This document shows positions 1 to 13,860 of a DNA stretch of 39,054 nucleotides, piece by piece. A model generated the notes under the pieces. That model saw only the letters and a program-made list of their open reading frames with translations. It ran no database searches and had not been told where the DNA came from. Made by a program: the position numbers and the translations under genes. Location: contig PS015183.1 of assembly GCA_048213135.1 (NCBI GenBank), positions 21,608-60,661 on the forward strand, written 5' to 3'. Positions within the stretch are counted from its first letter, which is position 1. Every line of letters starts with the position of its first letter. The stretch comes from Reclinomonas americana ATCC 50394. Lineage: Eukaryota.

Positions 1-3000
1 ATCGCGTTTCTTATGGTTGCATCCCCCCTGTGCGTGTGTGCAATCACTGACCGTACCCATCCAATAACAGCACTGGAACGCTTGCTGCTCCTGACACCGT
101 GCCCGTTTGTTGGCTTGTCTGCGACAATTGGTAATGTGGAGCCCTTCAGTGACTGGCTGGTCTGTTTGTACTATGCGCTGCTACCTGTGGTTGACGAGCT
201 GCGTTGCTAATGTTCCTGGACACATGCAGCGCGACATTTGTCGGAAACGCGCAAATCCAGCGTACCGCGACTTCGAGACTGTCGTCCAGGTTGACCGCTT
301 CAGCGACCACTTGCCGTCGGTGTACACCTTGTCGGAAGAGGCTGGTGCTCGTGGCTCACTCGAAGCGGTTCGTTCATGAGTTTCTTCGCACTCTCATTGT
401 CGTGTTGTGTGCTCACCGCCGAGAGTCTGCTGCTCCAGTTTCATCCGTGTGCCGCAGTGGAGGTGGCACAACTTCTTCGATCGTCGCAGTTCCCGTCCAC
501 TGTCAAGCTTTCGCGCGCGCACTGCAGTCAACTGCGTGACGATCTGAGTGACCGACTGCGGCAGTCACGTCTCGAGGCGCAGATCGACATGCCTGCTCTC
601 ACATCCACGATCGACGGCCTGCTCGGCACTCTTGAGAGGCTGGTGGTTCCTCCGGCTGCAACAGATTACGCCACACGTTCACGAGTACGCCAGTGGGAAC
701 GCGAGGTCACTCACGTGTTGTGGAGGTGAGGAGCACAATACCGACACAGCGTTCGCAAATCATCGCTCAATATCACCCGTCTGCGCAGATGCGTTCACTG
801 GGCAGAAGATGGCGATCGTGAACCCATGGAACCAGCTGAGCTTGACCTTGCGGATCGCCTAATGCGTCGCGCCGTGGACGACGTGTTGGAAAAGTATCGC
901 CGTCCTCTTGCGCAGGCTGTCGGCAACTCCGCACCGTACCGCCGTCCGGAGCAGCTGTTGCCACTTGTTGAGATCCTCCGCGAGCGAGGTCCGTTGCTGC
1001 TGCTACATGTGTTGCTGTCAACAGTGCATGCACGCAAACCTCAGTGCTTCTCCTCAACCAAAAACGACAGATTTGTTGCCTGCCCTGGTCTTTTCCTTCT
1101 CCCGCCACAAGGCCGAGAAGGCTGCCATTGCAATCGCCGAGTATGCCAAGACGGCATTCGATTCTCGGCAGCGTCTGAATGCTGCGGACTTGCAGCGCAT
1201 CGACCAGGAGCAACTCGTCAACTTGGGCCCTTTGGCTCCGGGCGTGAAAGACGAGGAGTTGGATGCTGCAGACCGGTTGCTGAAGCAGCTCTTCGAAGCG
1301 CTCAAGAACGGTGATTATTCACGAGGCAGCGAACTATCCATGCCGATGTATGCTGATAGTTGTTGCTCTGGCACGTGCAGGTGTTGGTCTGCATCACCGA
1401 TCTCTGCCGCCGAGCTATCTCCGCCTGGTTGAGGTGATGTTCCAAACCGGAAAGCTTCTGGTCGTGGTTGCCACGGGCACACTGGCGTACGGCGTGAACA
1501 TGCCTGCGCGGACTGCCGTGTTTCTGTCGGATTCCGTTCACACGACGCCTGTCATGTTCCAGCAAATGAGTGGACGCGCTGGTCGCCGTGGATTCGAGAA
1601 TGGCGGCGGCATTGGGCACTTGGTGTTTGTGGACTTCAACATGCAGCGCATTCAGCGCCTGTTGACTGCGCGCTCGGCCGACATTATCGGGCACCTGCCG
1701 GTGACACCCTCGGCTGTTCTTCGCCTGCAGATCTTTGCCAGGCAAGCACGAGATGGCAAATTGGTGTGTATGCAAAGTGCATGCGCCATCAGTTGTTTTC
1801 TGCTGCGAACTCACTCAACATTGTGTGTGTGTGTGTCACCGCCAACCAGGCCAGACAACTTGTCAATCGAATCGTGGATTCGTCGCTGTTTGTCCGCGGT
1901 CGACAGGAGCGCCTCAATCAAACGCATCAGCTGGGTCGTTTGAGCCTCGAGATTCTGCGTCGACTTCGCTTGGTCGATTCTCGCGGAGACCCGCTGTCGT
2001 CGGCTGGCCTCGTCGCCCACATTTTCTACACCGAGCCTGCCAACTTGGCTCTCGGCTTCCTGCTCAGCCGCGGCCTCATCCACGAGCTGGCCAAACGACA
2101 TGCCGAAGGCCGCGAGCGCTTGCTCCTCCATCTGATGGCATTTCTGTTCATGCGTAGCTTCCCGTCGCGCTTCTGCAAGGAGGAGGAGGTGCTGACACTC
2201 GATCCGCCTGACGAGAAGTGCGTGGTCTGATAGTTGCCATGGTTCTCCACGCATGGTGTGCACTGACGCCAGCGTTGATTGTTGGACAGGCTGTTGCAAG
2301 GACTGCGCGACTACAACGAGGAGGTGCTTCAAGTCGCGAATGACTACGTGTTCCAGTTCGTTCGTGCGAAGATCCGCCAGGGCGAGTTGCAACCAGTCGA
2401 CCGATTGCCATTTTCCGAGTTCGGCTTCCCTCGTCAGCCTCTGGTGGCAGCAGAGGGAGCCAGTGGCGACAGCCTACTGCACGCCCTTGAACGACACCGA
2501 GTTCGGCGCGGTTTGTGCCATCCGCTGCTCGCCGCGGTCGGCTACAGTGACTGGTTCGGCGAGGAGTCGGCATCCGAGTTTGCGCTCTCGGTGCGCGACG
2601 ACATTTATGTTGGCGCCGAGTGCATTCCGTCTGTGCGCCTGGACGGTACGTCGTGTTCGCCCCACTGATAGCCGTTGTGTTGTGTACCGCAGTCGCGTAA
2701 CCAGTGTGACTTGTTCACAGTGCGACCGCTGGCCTGGGTCACCGTGTTCTACAACAACATGAACTTGAAGAAGGTGGCAAAGCAGTTCAGCATGTCGGTA
2801 CGTTACAGGGCCGCAGTTCTCTCTGCATTTATGAGTGCTTGGACGAGGCGAAGTGCTCACTTGCCACGCTGCGCAGCCGTCGGATCTGGAGCGCGATCTG
2901 CAGGACTTTGGCAAGATTCTCCGCAAGTGTCACACGGCACTGAAGGTCATGGTCGAGGAGGGCACCGAGTGCCCGGTGACCAAGCTCTTTGAGTTACGCA

Positions 3001-3346
3001 CACATACTCGCTCCGGCTGCTGTTCTTCGTGCGACGACACAACTCACAGCAGTCGCCACACAGTGATCTGTCGAACAATTTCACAAAGAAACTGGTGGCT
3101 GCCGGTCTCCGACCCGGCCACGACGACTACGATCGTCGACGGAAGCAGTGGAAAGAGCGCCCTCCAGTGGCCAGAGAAGGAATGGATCCGAACGCCGCGC
3201 TATTGCGCCAACACGGCGGTGCCAGCAGTCGCCAGCTCCGTCGTGATCGCGATCAGTACGCCGAGTACGGCAGTGGTGCTGCTGCGGCCGACAGCGCGTG
3301 GACTGGCGAGGACTATACCGACGATGGTGACGACGGTGCGGATTAA
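1..3346 (+). CDS. DDX60-like Ski2-family SF2 RNA helicase, multi-exon, 5' part outside the window
   Basis: Spliced motifs: ERLLLLTPCPFVGLSATIGN (motif III), LLPALVFSFSR (IV), GVGLHHRSL, VVATGTLAYGVNMPARTAVF (V), FQQMSGRAGRRG (VI). GLVAHIFYTEPANL and GHLPVTPSAVLRL resemble the DDX60 C-terminal region as recalled. Example introns 160-229 and 368-438. Stop TAA at 3344-3346. Confidence 0.85.
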
Positions 3347-3672
3347 CTCACCGCGTACCTTCCGAGGCACAGTTCGAATTCGAAGTGAAGGTGCAATTGC
3401 CCTTGTTGTTGAAATGCATTGCTTCGCACATCGCAACGTGTACAGCAGTACTTGCCAGCGCGAGAGTTGTACTTATCAACTCACTGCCCCCTTTGGCTTC
3501 AGGAATTGCATGCATGTGAGGCGAGTCGCAACAATTGGGCATCGGTGAACGAATGAATCCTATCCATCCATTTGCCCTCGCCTTTGCTTGCTTGCTTGCT
3601 GAAGAAGGAGAGCAGGCAGCTGCAGACTTCCTCACTGACACATAGAGTGAAGCAAGAAGAGACGCAACGTCC

Positions 3673-6600
3673 ATGACCAGCGACATCCGCACTGTCATGT
3701 CGCAGGCCATTGAGGCTCTGGCGAGACACGATGCTGCCGGGTATGCCGAGGCCGCGTCTGTGTTGCGACGTGTGTCACCAGAGACCGTGAAAGTGCGTGC
3801 ACACACAGAGAGAGAGAGAGCAGAGAAGAGTCATCTCCGCGCGCGCGCGTGACCTCATGCGCATGACACAACGCGTGCAAGACACGTGAAATGCAGCAGC
3901 CACTGACACACACACGCACTCACATGCTCTCTCACCCTTCTCACTCTCTCACACACACTCGCATCTCCGTGTGATTTCCCTCTCATTCCTCTCTCTTTCT
4001 GCTCTGTCTCGCTCACACAGACCCCCGACGATGTGGTGGCGGCCTTTGTGGAGGATCTGTTCCAGGCGTCGCACCTGGAGGACCCGCATGCACTGCATCA
4101 GCTGACCTTTCTGACACGCATTGCCAATACCTATGCCGTGACCACACTCGAGGTGCGCAACTTCAAGCACAAGAGAGAATAGTCTGCCTTCACTTCTCCA
4201 CTCTACTCACTATGTGATGATGATGATGATGGTGTCAGCTGCTCGAGCTCAAGAGCATCGGAACCAACTTGGCTGGTGCGTTCTTTTTCAGTGTCGTCGT
4301 CGTCGATATAGTTTGTACTCATTTTTTCTCCGTCGTACACAGTGCTCACCGACACACTGGCGCGACTCCAGCGAGTGTACAAGAGCGCCAGGCGGCTGGC
4401 ATCGTCGAACAAGCGCGAGCCGTACTCGCAACTGTTGCTGGAGTTGCAGCTGCTGGAGTGGATGCTGGTGTGTGTGTATTGAGACAGACTCAATTCTCCG
4501 CTCCGTCTCTCACGTGGCTGTTGCGCAGGAGGCAATGGTCAAGGTGGCCGTGCACGGCCATCCGCCAGGCCCCATGGACAAGTCGACGTCGACGCTGTTG
4601 GATGTCGGACCGGGTTTGCCGCTCCGCGCGCTGCGCACGGCGTTGCGGGCCAAACCGGCGTCTGGTGAGATGCCGCCCTTGAATACTGCGTTTTTGGCGG
4701 CACTGGCCGACGCGCCACGCAAGAACACACTGCGAGTTGCGTCCCCGGCGCTTCTCCCTTGTCGTGTGTATGTTTTCAAACTCACGCGCATCGCATCGAC
4801 AGCACGTGGTTTCCATTCATGTCCTCCGCGCGACCGCCATTGCCACCCTGTCGGAGGTGCCCCTCTTACAACTGCACTGCTTCTTCTCCTTCCTCGTCTC
4901 ATGTCGTCTTCGTTGCAGAGCGAGGCAATCACGGCCGTGGAGCACATTCAGGAGTTCCGCAACCGCTCCAAGATGGACGAACTAGTCAAGCTCGCCGTCA
5001 TCAGCGCCCTCTTTGAGATCGTCGCCTGCAGCAATTCGCACGTGGTGTGCGAGGAGGCGTACTTTGGCACAGGCCACCGCAACGGCAATCCCCAATATCC
5101 CGGTCTTCCTGTTGCGTACGCACAGCAGCACACAACAACGAGCATGTACGAGCTCACTCACCCCATTCTCTTTCAACATGGGCACACAGGAATTCATGCA
5201 ATCAAAGGTCGATCTCGTGCACAGCATGGCCGTGCGCGGCCTCATTGACCTGCTGGAACACCCTCTGCCGTCGATTCGCACCAATGCGCAAGAGGTGCTG
5301 GAGGCGAAACGCGTGAAGATCCCCACCAATCGCCCCTCGTGGGAAAAGATCACCACTGAGCGCTTCGAGCAGCTGGGTGAGGGTGGTGGTGGTGGCAGTC
5401 GCGGTGGTGGCAGCAGTGCCGACCCGGCACGCAGGCAGCCGAATGGCACGTCTTCTACTGCATCGGCTGTGGGCAACGGGTCGGAGATGCCCACACCCCT
5501 GGTGACCATTGCCAGTGGGGTCGCTGGTGTGCCGATGGTGGTGGTGACACACGTGGGCGCCTCGGCCGCTGCTCAGGCCTCTGGGCAGCAACGTTCCATG
5601 GCAATGTCACCGCACAGCGACATTAGCGACAGTCACAACAACACGGAGAGTATTCGTTCGCTGGCCAGCGTCGGCTCCATGGCCTCCATCACGTCTGTCA
5701 ACCCTGTGCGCGAGGGCCGCCGGCACCGTCCCTCCTTTGGCGTGCCCGGTGTCTCGGGCATGCATTCCGACGCACACTCCATGCTCGGCTCCGAGCTCGC
5801 CACGGCAGTCGAGGACAATGTGGTTTGTGTGAGCAGAGCGAGTTTATAGAGTGAGTGAGAGACACGAGAGTGTTGACTGGCGCGCACAGATCGGACCGAG
5901 TCGGAGGCGGCATGGCACGCACTCGTTCGTGCACCGCACCTCCAAGTTCCCCATCTCGCGCTGCGTGGAGCGATATCGCGAGCTGGTTCGCTCGCTGTAC
6001 GACCAGGCATTCTCGGTGGACACCTCCGAGTCGCAGGTTTGTCTGCATGTGTGTTTGTAACATGGCGACTCCACGGCACTGAATAATGGTGTGCAGGTGG
6101 TGGTACTGCACGGCCCACTGGGTGCGTGCGCAGGTGATGTGGCGAGTACGTATGCCGACGAGCGCTACGAGGATTACTCGGCGGTGTACACGATTTTCAT
6201 TCGCGATCCGCGAGATGTCAAGTCAGGTGCGTGAGAGTGAGAAGGGAAACTGACATCTCACCCTCTCACCTCCATGCCTGCACAGAAATTCTCCGCATCA
6301 TTCACGAGAGCCACTTGTACTCGGTCGGCATCACCACCGACGAGCTTCTGTCGGCGTTCCGCAAGTCACACTCGGACAGCCAGTCGAAAGTGCTGGTGGC
6401 GGCCGTGGTGATTCCAACATGCGACCTGGCAGCCATTCATCACGCGCTGCGTACGTACCTGGCCTCGAACAAGTTGCACCTGCTTTTGCTTGTCGGTGAC
6501 GAAGTGCCGCCGGTTGCCACATCGCACTCGCTGCGATCGGCCGCCGCTCCCCCGGCTGCACCACAACCGGTGCTGATGGTGGGATCGGCGCCTACACCCT

Positions 6601-9600
6601 CGCCGCTGGAACGGTGTCTGGCGTCGGCGCCGGCCGGCTCGCGCGTGTTCCGACTCGCTCGCTTCCAGCAGGCCGACTGCGTGCAACTACTGTCGCAATA
6701 CCTCGCGCATGAAACCAGTGCGTCGCCAAGCGGAAGCTTCACCGCTGCGTCGGCGGTCGCTGCTGGTGGGAGCGGAGGTGGTCGTGTCTCGGAGAGTGTG
6801 GCCGACTTCCTGGTGCGCACGTTTTCGGATTCGCCACTGGCGCAGTTGCTGGCGGCGGCCGCGCTGCGCAGTGTGTGGCGGCGTTCGCTGGTCGGCGGAC
6901 TGGCCCAGGAGATTGACGAATCGCTCAAGCAGTGTGGCTTGCCTGGCGGTCGTGCGGTAGTGAGCGACGAGCATGTGGGCGTGCGCCGCGTGGTGGCCTC
7001 GATGCTGCGTCACGTGTCACAAGCGTCGCCGTTGGCCACGGAACTGATGGAGATGTTTGCGGTGCTCGACTCGCGTCCGGTGCCGACCACGTTCTGGCGT
7101 TTCTGGGCGCGCATGCATGGATTTGTCGGTGGCCAAAACACCGACGAGATGACGTGCGTGTCGGCGTTTGCACTGGGCGCCGGCGGCGACGACGATCGAT
7201 TCTTGTCACGAGCCTTGTCCTCTCTCGACGAGTTGGCGCTGATTGTGCAAGTGGACTCGGAGCTCTACGACATGCACCCGGGCGTGCGGCGTGCGATTCT
7301 GGCCGGCATGTCGCCGGTGCAGCAGACGACGCGTGCGGAGGAGGCTCACGCGTTGCTGCATCGCTTGTACTCGGACACCGTCAGCCTCGGCACCAGTTCG
7401 CGGTATCACCTCATGCTCGTGCAACTGTTGCCACACGCCCTGCACATCTCCAAGCTGAACGAGGCCGGTCCGGAAAATTGCGAGTTGCAAGTGCATGTGG
7501 CGTCGCTCTACTTGAGCGAAGTCGGCGACTGGGTTCACGCGGAGGAGGCTCTTGCCGCCGCCACCGCCTACAGCGAAGGCGATGGTCGGCAAGCGCGCTC
7601 TGTTTCGGTGAAGGTGCGCTGCGCCGTTCGCTTGCAGCGTGCGCAGGTGCTGATGGCACGCGGAGCCGTGCAAGAGGCCGTCAACTTGCTGCGGACCACC
7701 ATTGAGGTTTGTCACAGTAGTCGTCGCCATGTTGAGGGGATCTCACGTGCCTCGTGATTTCACTGATGTGTGTGTGCGTGCAGCTCCCGGATGTGGCGTC
7801 CGAGCCGTCGGTCATTGCACAAGTTCACGAGGGGCTGGCCGACTGCCTCACGTACTTGGGAGATCATGCCGATGCAGCGGCGGAGCTGCGCCGCTGCATG
7901 GAGCTGTGGGAGGAGTCAGAATACGGCAATCGCATTCGGTGCAGTCTCAAGTACGCTCGCATCTTGGTGGAAGTTGGCGAGGCGCGTCGTGCCGAAAATG
8001 TGGCCATGCTGGCGCTGGCCGAGGAGTCTGATGACGTCGATGGAGACCCGCTCTCTCGACGCTACGCCGGCGCCTCCACTCGGACCAAGCGTACCGACAT
8101 TGACGTGATCAATCTGCGGATAGCGCGCGCGAGTGCGCTGGAGGCACTGGATCATCCGGACAGCGCCATGGAGGAGTATCGGATTGCGTTGCAGGCCATG
8201 TCCCGCATCACTGCACGGCGGCACCCCATTACTCCACGCATCGAGATTGCCACTGGGCGCTTGTTCTTTGCGGCCGGCAATGTGCCAAAGGGCTCGAAAC
8301 ACCTCATTCGCGCCAAGCGCCTCCTGTCGGAGATGTTTGGGCCGCTGTCGGGCGCCCTCGGACCGCTGCTGTCGACGTTGATTTACGAGCACCACATGCG
8401 GAGCTGGACGGCGCACGCCAACAAGTACGAGGCCGAGCTGACCTGTGTGTTGTGTGGACCCGATCCGCCGCCACCGGAGGAACGGTGGTTGCTGGCGTAC
8501 CGATTGGGCGAGCTGCACTCGATGCTGCTCAACTCCAAGAAGGCGCTCGAGTACTGGAATATGGCGGTGCTGGTGTCGGGCGACTTGCGCGAGCGGCAAC
8601 GGCCGCTGTGGCGAGCGGATTCGCTGGCGGCACTCGGCGCCGAGCTGGTGCAATTGAACCAGCTGGAGCGTGGTATCGACACATTGCAGGATGCCGTTCG
8701 CATGTACCAGAGTGCCGTGCAGGCGGCGCACACGCGCACCGAAGCGCAGGCGCTGAACCTGCTTCCCGGTTACATGCGGGCGCGACTGCAATTGGCACGA
8801 GTGACACGCTCGAACGCCGAGCGCGAACAGGAGATTCGTCGGTGCGTGATGTGAGAGATGGGCGAGGAGAGAAAGGAGAGAGCAGAGTGGTGCTCACAAT
8901 CGACTTTTGTTCCACAGCTTTGTGCCCTATTTTGAGGCGTATGCCGATCCGAGCCAGCAAGTCGGTGGTTCTCCGTATCCACGCATCCTCACCGCGCTCA
9001 TGCTCCGCAACGCACAATGGTGCGCGCGCGTCGGTCCCGGTGTCAATTCATCGATCGACGCGTTGCTGGAGGAGACTGGTCTCATTGAGTTGGCCTCGGT
9101 GCGGACGTCGCCATCTTTGTGTGTGTGTTTCATTCTCGCGCGCCGTCTCACATTGTTTGATGCAATGCAGACGTCGCTGTCGCCAGAGCTGGCATCGGTC
9201 CCTGAGGCATCGTCGCTGGAGACGCTGCTCACCGAGCGCACACAGCTGGGACAGCTGTCGGCCTGTCTCCGTGCCGCAATTGTGCTTGCAGAAGATGTGG
9301 GACAGGTTCGGCGCGCGCGCGCGTGTGTGCTGCCATCAATGTCTTGTCGTTGTCGCTGATCGCTGTCGTGCACTGAGCAGCCGCAGGTGGCGGTCACACT
9401 CTCCGACTATTTGGCGAACACATATCAACGGCTGTACGGACCCGATGCTGCCATGCGCGCCCGTGAGCTGATCCGGCAGGCGCGGCTGTTGAAGCAGATG
9501 AACTACATTGACGAGGCTCTCGAGGCGGAACGCGCTGCGAATCAGATCGTTAGCCCTGCATTCAACCGCAATGTGACATCGACGGCGCCAGAGACACCGG

Positions 9601-9623
9601 CGGCCCCGTCACCCGTCGACTAA
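3673..9623 (+). CDS. Large multi-exon protein: helical N-terminus, low-complexity linker, degenerate NB-ARC/STAND module, TPR-like helical repeats
   Basis: Likely start ATG 3673 (MTSDIRTVMSQAIEAL), with GT-AG exons that can be chained to TAA 9623. The exon at 6097-6226 reads VVVLHGPLGACAGDVASTYADERYEDYSAVYTIF. It is followed by LLLLVGDEV, DSPLAQLLAAAALR, AVLDSRPVP and LYDMHPGVRRAI, then TPR-like helices at ~7450-8850. The start and some N-terminal exons are uncertain, and the region could be two genes. Confidence 0.65.
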
Positions 9624-9685
9624 AGAAGAGAGACTCGCAGGCGATTAAATTTTTGTTGTTGCTGTTTACCGATTTCTAGTGTTTA

Positions 9686-12600
9686 TCACGTGCCTGTGTG
9701 GAAACCGAGCACAAGTTGGAGCAGACAGAATGCTGGCACTGCCGACGATTCCGCCCCGCCAGCAGAGCTTCTACTGGTGATGATTTCACAACATGGCACC
9801 ATGGCAACCGCGCCATCCAAGACGGATTCCAACTCTGCGCATTCGGCACCGACAGTGAGGGAGAGTGCGACAATGCCGCGGGGGAAAAGACAGCACGCAC
9901 CACTGACAAGCTGCTGCGGCGACGGTGATTGCGCAAAGCCGTGTACGACAGTGGGAATCCACGCTCGAGCCACCGAGACCTGCTGCATTACAGATGGTTG
10001 AGATAAACCGCAAGTTGGTGCCCGGGGATGACAACAACACCTACCTCGCACACCGCATCCTCCAGTCCACAAGCCACAGCACACTGTCTGACTGCTTGTG
10101 TGGCTGCTCGGCCGACACTATGCAACGTGCACGAGCCACTGCCACTGGCATCAGCTGCGTTGCACACGAGTGAGTTCGTGAGCGGAAGGGCCACGATTGA
10201 GCCGTGTATGACGCACCAAACATCAAGTGCGCAAACGCCATTCGCCGATCTTCCGCCTCCACCACAACGGCTCGCCATGACACCGATACGCCGTCCACTG
10301 TGATTCCAATCTCAACTCAGTTCATGGTACACATGAGGAACACTCGTTGAGGAAAGAACCTGTCGCAGCATCATGCACGACCGAGTCGACGACAAAGCGC
10401 GATGCCAGCGGACACACCTCCACTTGCGCACCGCGTGGCAGTGCATGGACACGAATAACATCACGCACACACTGCACGGACAAGAAAAAGGACGAATTGT
10501 GAGACACTATAATCATCTGCGTGTATAGATGTCACGAAACTGCATCGTCGTTGGTGGAACCCCACAAGTCGGCATGATCGTCGTCGCCAACCACACACAC
10601 CACAGCCGAGTGAACACCGGAATCCACATGCACGCCAAACACCTGCAGCACCGACTCCACGTGTTGCCAACACAGAGACGCTCCACTGCTCGACGCCAAT
10701 GTCATGGAGCCCGGATCCAGTGCGATTTGGCCGGCCGGGAACAGAATGCCATTGCACTGCAATCAGAGTTATCAGAGCAGCGCTCCGAGATCCTCCACAC
10801 CGTGTCCATCACCACACCACGCAACATCCACACACTGACTGTACGGTCCGATGCACGCCGGCGCCCACGCGGAGATACTTTGCACGTGCAGTGCGCGTCG
10901 CGCCACTTGACGGCTGTCCACCACCACCAACTCCATGTGCAACGTGTAGTCGCCATCCACACCCTGTATGCACACACTTGGGGGAGGAGGATCAATGAGG
11001 GAGGTCAGCGCATCAGTCAGTGCGGGTCGGGGGCACACACCGTGACGGAGGATTGTGCAAGCCCACGTGTCGACGGTACTCGGCGTTGACGGCGCCAAAG
11101 GATTGCATGTCGGCCAGCACCAGCATGCAATGCACCGCATCGGTCATTCCGAGACCATGCTGCTCGAGAGTCTCTGCATACATGCATGCGCGAGTGAGAC
11201 GCAGTCTCTCAACGCAGCAGCATGAGCGTGAAGCATCAGCACCTCGAACTGTGCGAAACGCCTGTGCAACCGCCCCGGAAGCACCATCGTGACCGTGTCG
11301 CACCGACACAACCACATGGCACACTGGTCCTCGTTGACGCACTCGGATACTTACGCCTGATTGCAGAGATTCGTCGCTGGCATCGCTCGCTGGCGGGCTT
11401 GCCGAGGAGTTGTTGGCCTCCACCGCCTCCTCCACCTCCACGACATCATCGACCTCGGTCACCGTGCCATCCACGTGGCCAGCCTGTGCGCCCTCCTCTT
11501 TTTCTTCGGTGTGGTAGCGCACAATCCGCATGTAGCTGACGGGTGCCCACTCGTCCGTGCAGTGCACCTTCACCTCGGCCTCATCACTGCACGCACGATC
11601 ATCAGCAGCGCTCACAGCAGAGCACGGCGTTCACTCCTGCGCAACATGACGATCCGCCGACGAAAGAGTGGCGAATCGAGCGTCAGAGTCTCATACTCAC
11701 CGCCTTCGCCACACACGTGCAAGCCGATTTGTCGGTTCTGTTCTCCACTGCTCTGGTGAGTTCATGCTCTCTCCCTCTTCCTCCACCACCTGCCCATGCA
11801 TACATACCAGTTCATGAAACTGCGGCTGCAGCTCCGCAATCGTCTTGCCGAGATGACGATCCGGATGCAATCCGGCCGCCGCCGTCTTCACCAGCACCGC
11901 CGTCAGCGGCGCATCGATCATACCCTGCAACAGTGCCGTCTGATCGCGACGCCACAGGTACGCCAGCGACACCAGTCCCAATCGTGCGCATCTGTGAGGC
12001 TCACGAGTGAACACCTGCAACAGCAAGAGAGAGGGGGAAGAGAGATAGAGAATCACAAACGCAACACATTCTCCACGCGCAGTCGCTGATAGTCGGAGAG
12101 AATGGCACCAGAGGACACCGCCTCGACCTCAGGCATGCGTCGCTGCAACAGAGACTTCATGTCATCAAAGCAAGCACGGATGTGTCTCGGAAAAAACCTC
12201 CCAGCTCCACCTTGACAAAGCGCAGCAGTCTCATGAGATCCTCGGTCTCGTCGCCGGCCGTCGGCGTGGACGAGTACGGCAGCGAGGTGTCGCGTGCATC
12301 ACCGCGAATGGTCCCGCAAAAGAGCGGCAATCCAGTGCACTCGGCAAAGGCGCGGACCACGTCCACGGCCACTGTTTGGTACATCCAGCTGTCGAGCTCC
12401 TCTGAGGGTGAATGAGGGAGAAGGACGTGAGGAGAAGGTGGGAGGAGGGAGAATGGACGAATGAGAAGGAGTAAGGAGAGGAGGGAAGGAGAAGGACGAG
12501 AGGAGAAGGGGGGAGAGAAGAGAAGGACGAGAGGAGAAGGGGGGAGCGAGGAGAAGGGGGGAGCGAGGAGGAGGGGAGAGGGAGGGAGAAGGGAGAGAAG

Positions 12601-12696
12601 GTGAGTGAGTGTGGAGTACAGGCAGACAGGCATAATGAGAGAGAGAGAAAAGCATGAAGGAGGGAGAGAAAGAGGACTGTGTGTGACCGTGTGTGC

Positions 12697-12767
<71 letters not shown>

Positions 12768-13755
12768 NNNNNNNNNNNNNNNNNNNNNNNNNNNNNNNNN
12801 NNNNNNNNNNNNNNNNNNNNNNNNNNNNNNNNNNNNNNNNNNNNNNNNNNNNNNNNNNNNNNNNNNNNNNNNNNNNNNNNNNNNNNNNNNNNNNNNNNNN
12901 NNNNNNNNNNNNNNNNNNNNNNNNNNNNNNNNNNNNNNNNNNNNNNNNNNNNNNNNNNNNNNNNNNNNNNNNNNNNNNNNNNNNNNNNNNNNNNNNNNNN
13001 NNNNNNNNNNNNNNNNNNNNNNNNNNNNNNNNNNNNNNNNNNNNNNNNNNNNNNNNNNNNNNNNNNNNNNNNNNNNNNNNNNNNNNNNNNNNNNNNNNNN
13101 NNNNNNNNNNNNNNNNNNNNNNNNNNNNNNNNNNNNNNNNNNNNNNNNNNNNNNNNNNNNNNNNNNNNNNNNNNNNNNNNNNNNNNNNNNNNNNNNNNNN
13201 NNNNNNNNNNNNNNNNNNNNNNNNNNNNNNNNNNNNNNNNNNNNNNNNNNNNNNNNNNNNNNNNNNNNNNNNNNNNNNNNNNNNNNNNNNNNNNNNNNNN
13301 NNNNNNNNNNNNNNNNNNNNNNNNNNNNNNNNNNNNNNNNNNNNNNNNNNNNNNNNNNNNNNNNNNNNNNNNNNNNNNNNNNNNNNNNNNNNNNNNNNNN
13401 NNNNNNNNNNNNNNNNNNNNNNNNNNNNNNNNNNNNNNNNNNNNNNNNNNNNNNNNNNNNNNNNNNNNNNNNNNNNNNNNNNNNNNNNNNNNNNNNNNNN
13501 NNNNNNNNNNNNNNNNNNNNNNNNNNNNNNNNNNNNNNNNNNNNNNNNNNNNNNNNNNNNNNNNNNNNNNNNNNNNNNNNNNNNNNNNNNNNNNNNNNNN
13601 NNNNNNNNNNNNNNNNNNNNNNNNNNNNNNNNNNNNNNNNNNNNNNNNNNNNNNNNNNNNNNNNNNNNNNNNNNNNNNNNNNNNNNNNNNNNNNNNNNNN
13701 NNNNNNNNNNNNNNNNNNNNNNNNNNNNNNNNNNNNNNNNCGCAATCACTTTCAT
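9686..13755 (-). CDS. DPH6: Diphthine--ammonia ligase with C-terminal RidA/YjgF-like domains, multi-exon, interrupted by an N-gap
   Basis: MKVIA start at 13755 runs into the gap. Downstream motifs: ELDSWMYQTV, GDETEDL, VSSGAILSDYQRLRVENVCARLGLVSLAYLWRRDQ, HVCGEGGEYETLTLDSPLF. RidA-type segments: NAEYRRHVGLHNPPSR, LHVQSISAWAPACIGPYSQ, AGQIALDP. The last exons chain to TGA at 9686-9688. Confidence 0.92.
12701..12766. repeat. (GT)n microsatellite, preceded by a purine-rich tract from ~12412, in a DPH6 intron
   Basis: Perfect GT run of about 33 units abutting an N-gap. Confidence 0.95.
12768..13740. other. Assembly gap (others at 15289-15990, 30850-30934, 31859-32639, 37069-37641)
   Basis: Runs of N, mostly next to microsatellites. 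Confidence 1.
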
Positions 13756-13860
13756 CACAAAATCACAATCACAAACAAGACAGTGAGACAAATAAAGACA
13801 AATGACATCACCAAAACACCCTTTCCTTACGTTTTTGTGTTGAGTGCTGAGAGAGTAAGG
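13756..13860. promoter_or_regulatory. Putative bidirectional promoter between DPH6 and LRRC6
   Basis: 105 bp, comparatively AT-rich, between two divergent ATGs (13755 on minus, 13861 on plus). Confidence 0.6.

Noticed and set aside
1-3346. Fragmented ORFs as pseudogenes or an alternative genetic code
   Set aside because: The frame breaks I checked are explained by short GT-AG introns, and TAA, TAG and TGA all appear as predicted stops in the window.
9686-11300. DPH6-RidA fusion as a novelty
   Set aside because: This fusion is already known in fungal and plant Dph6.
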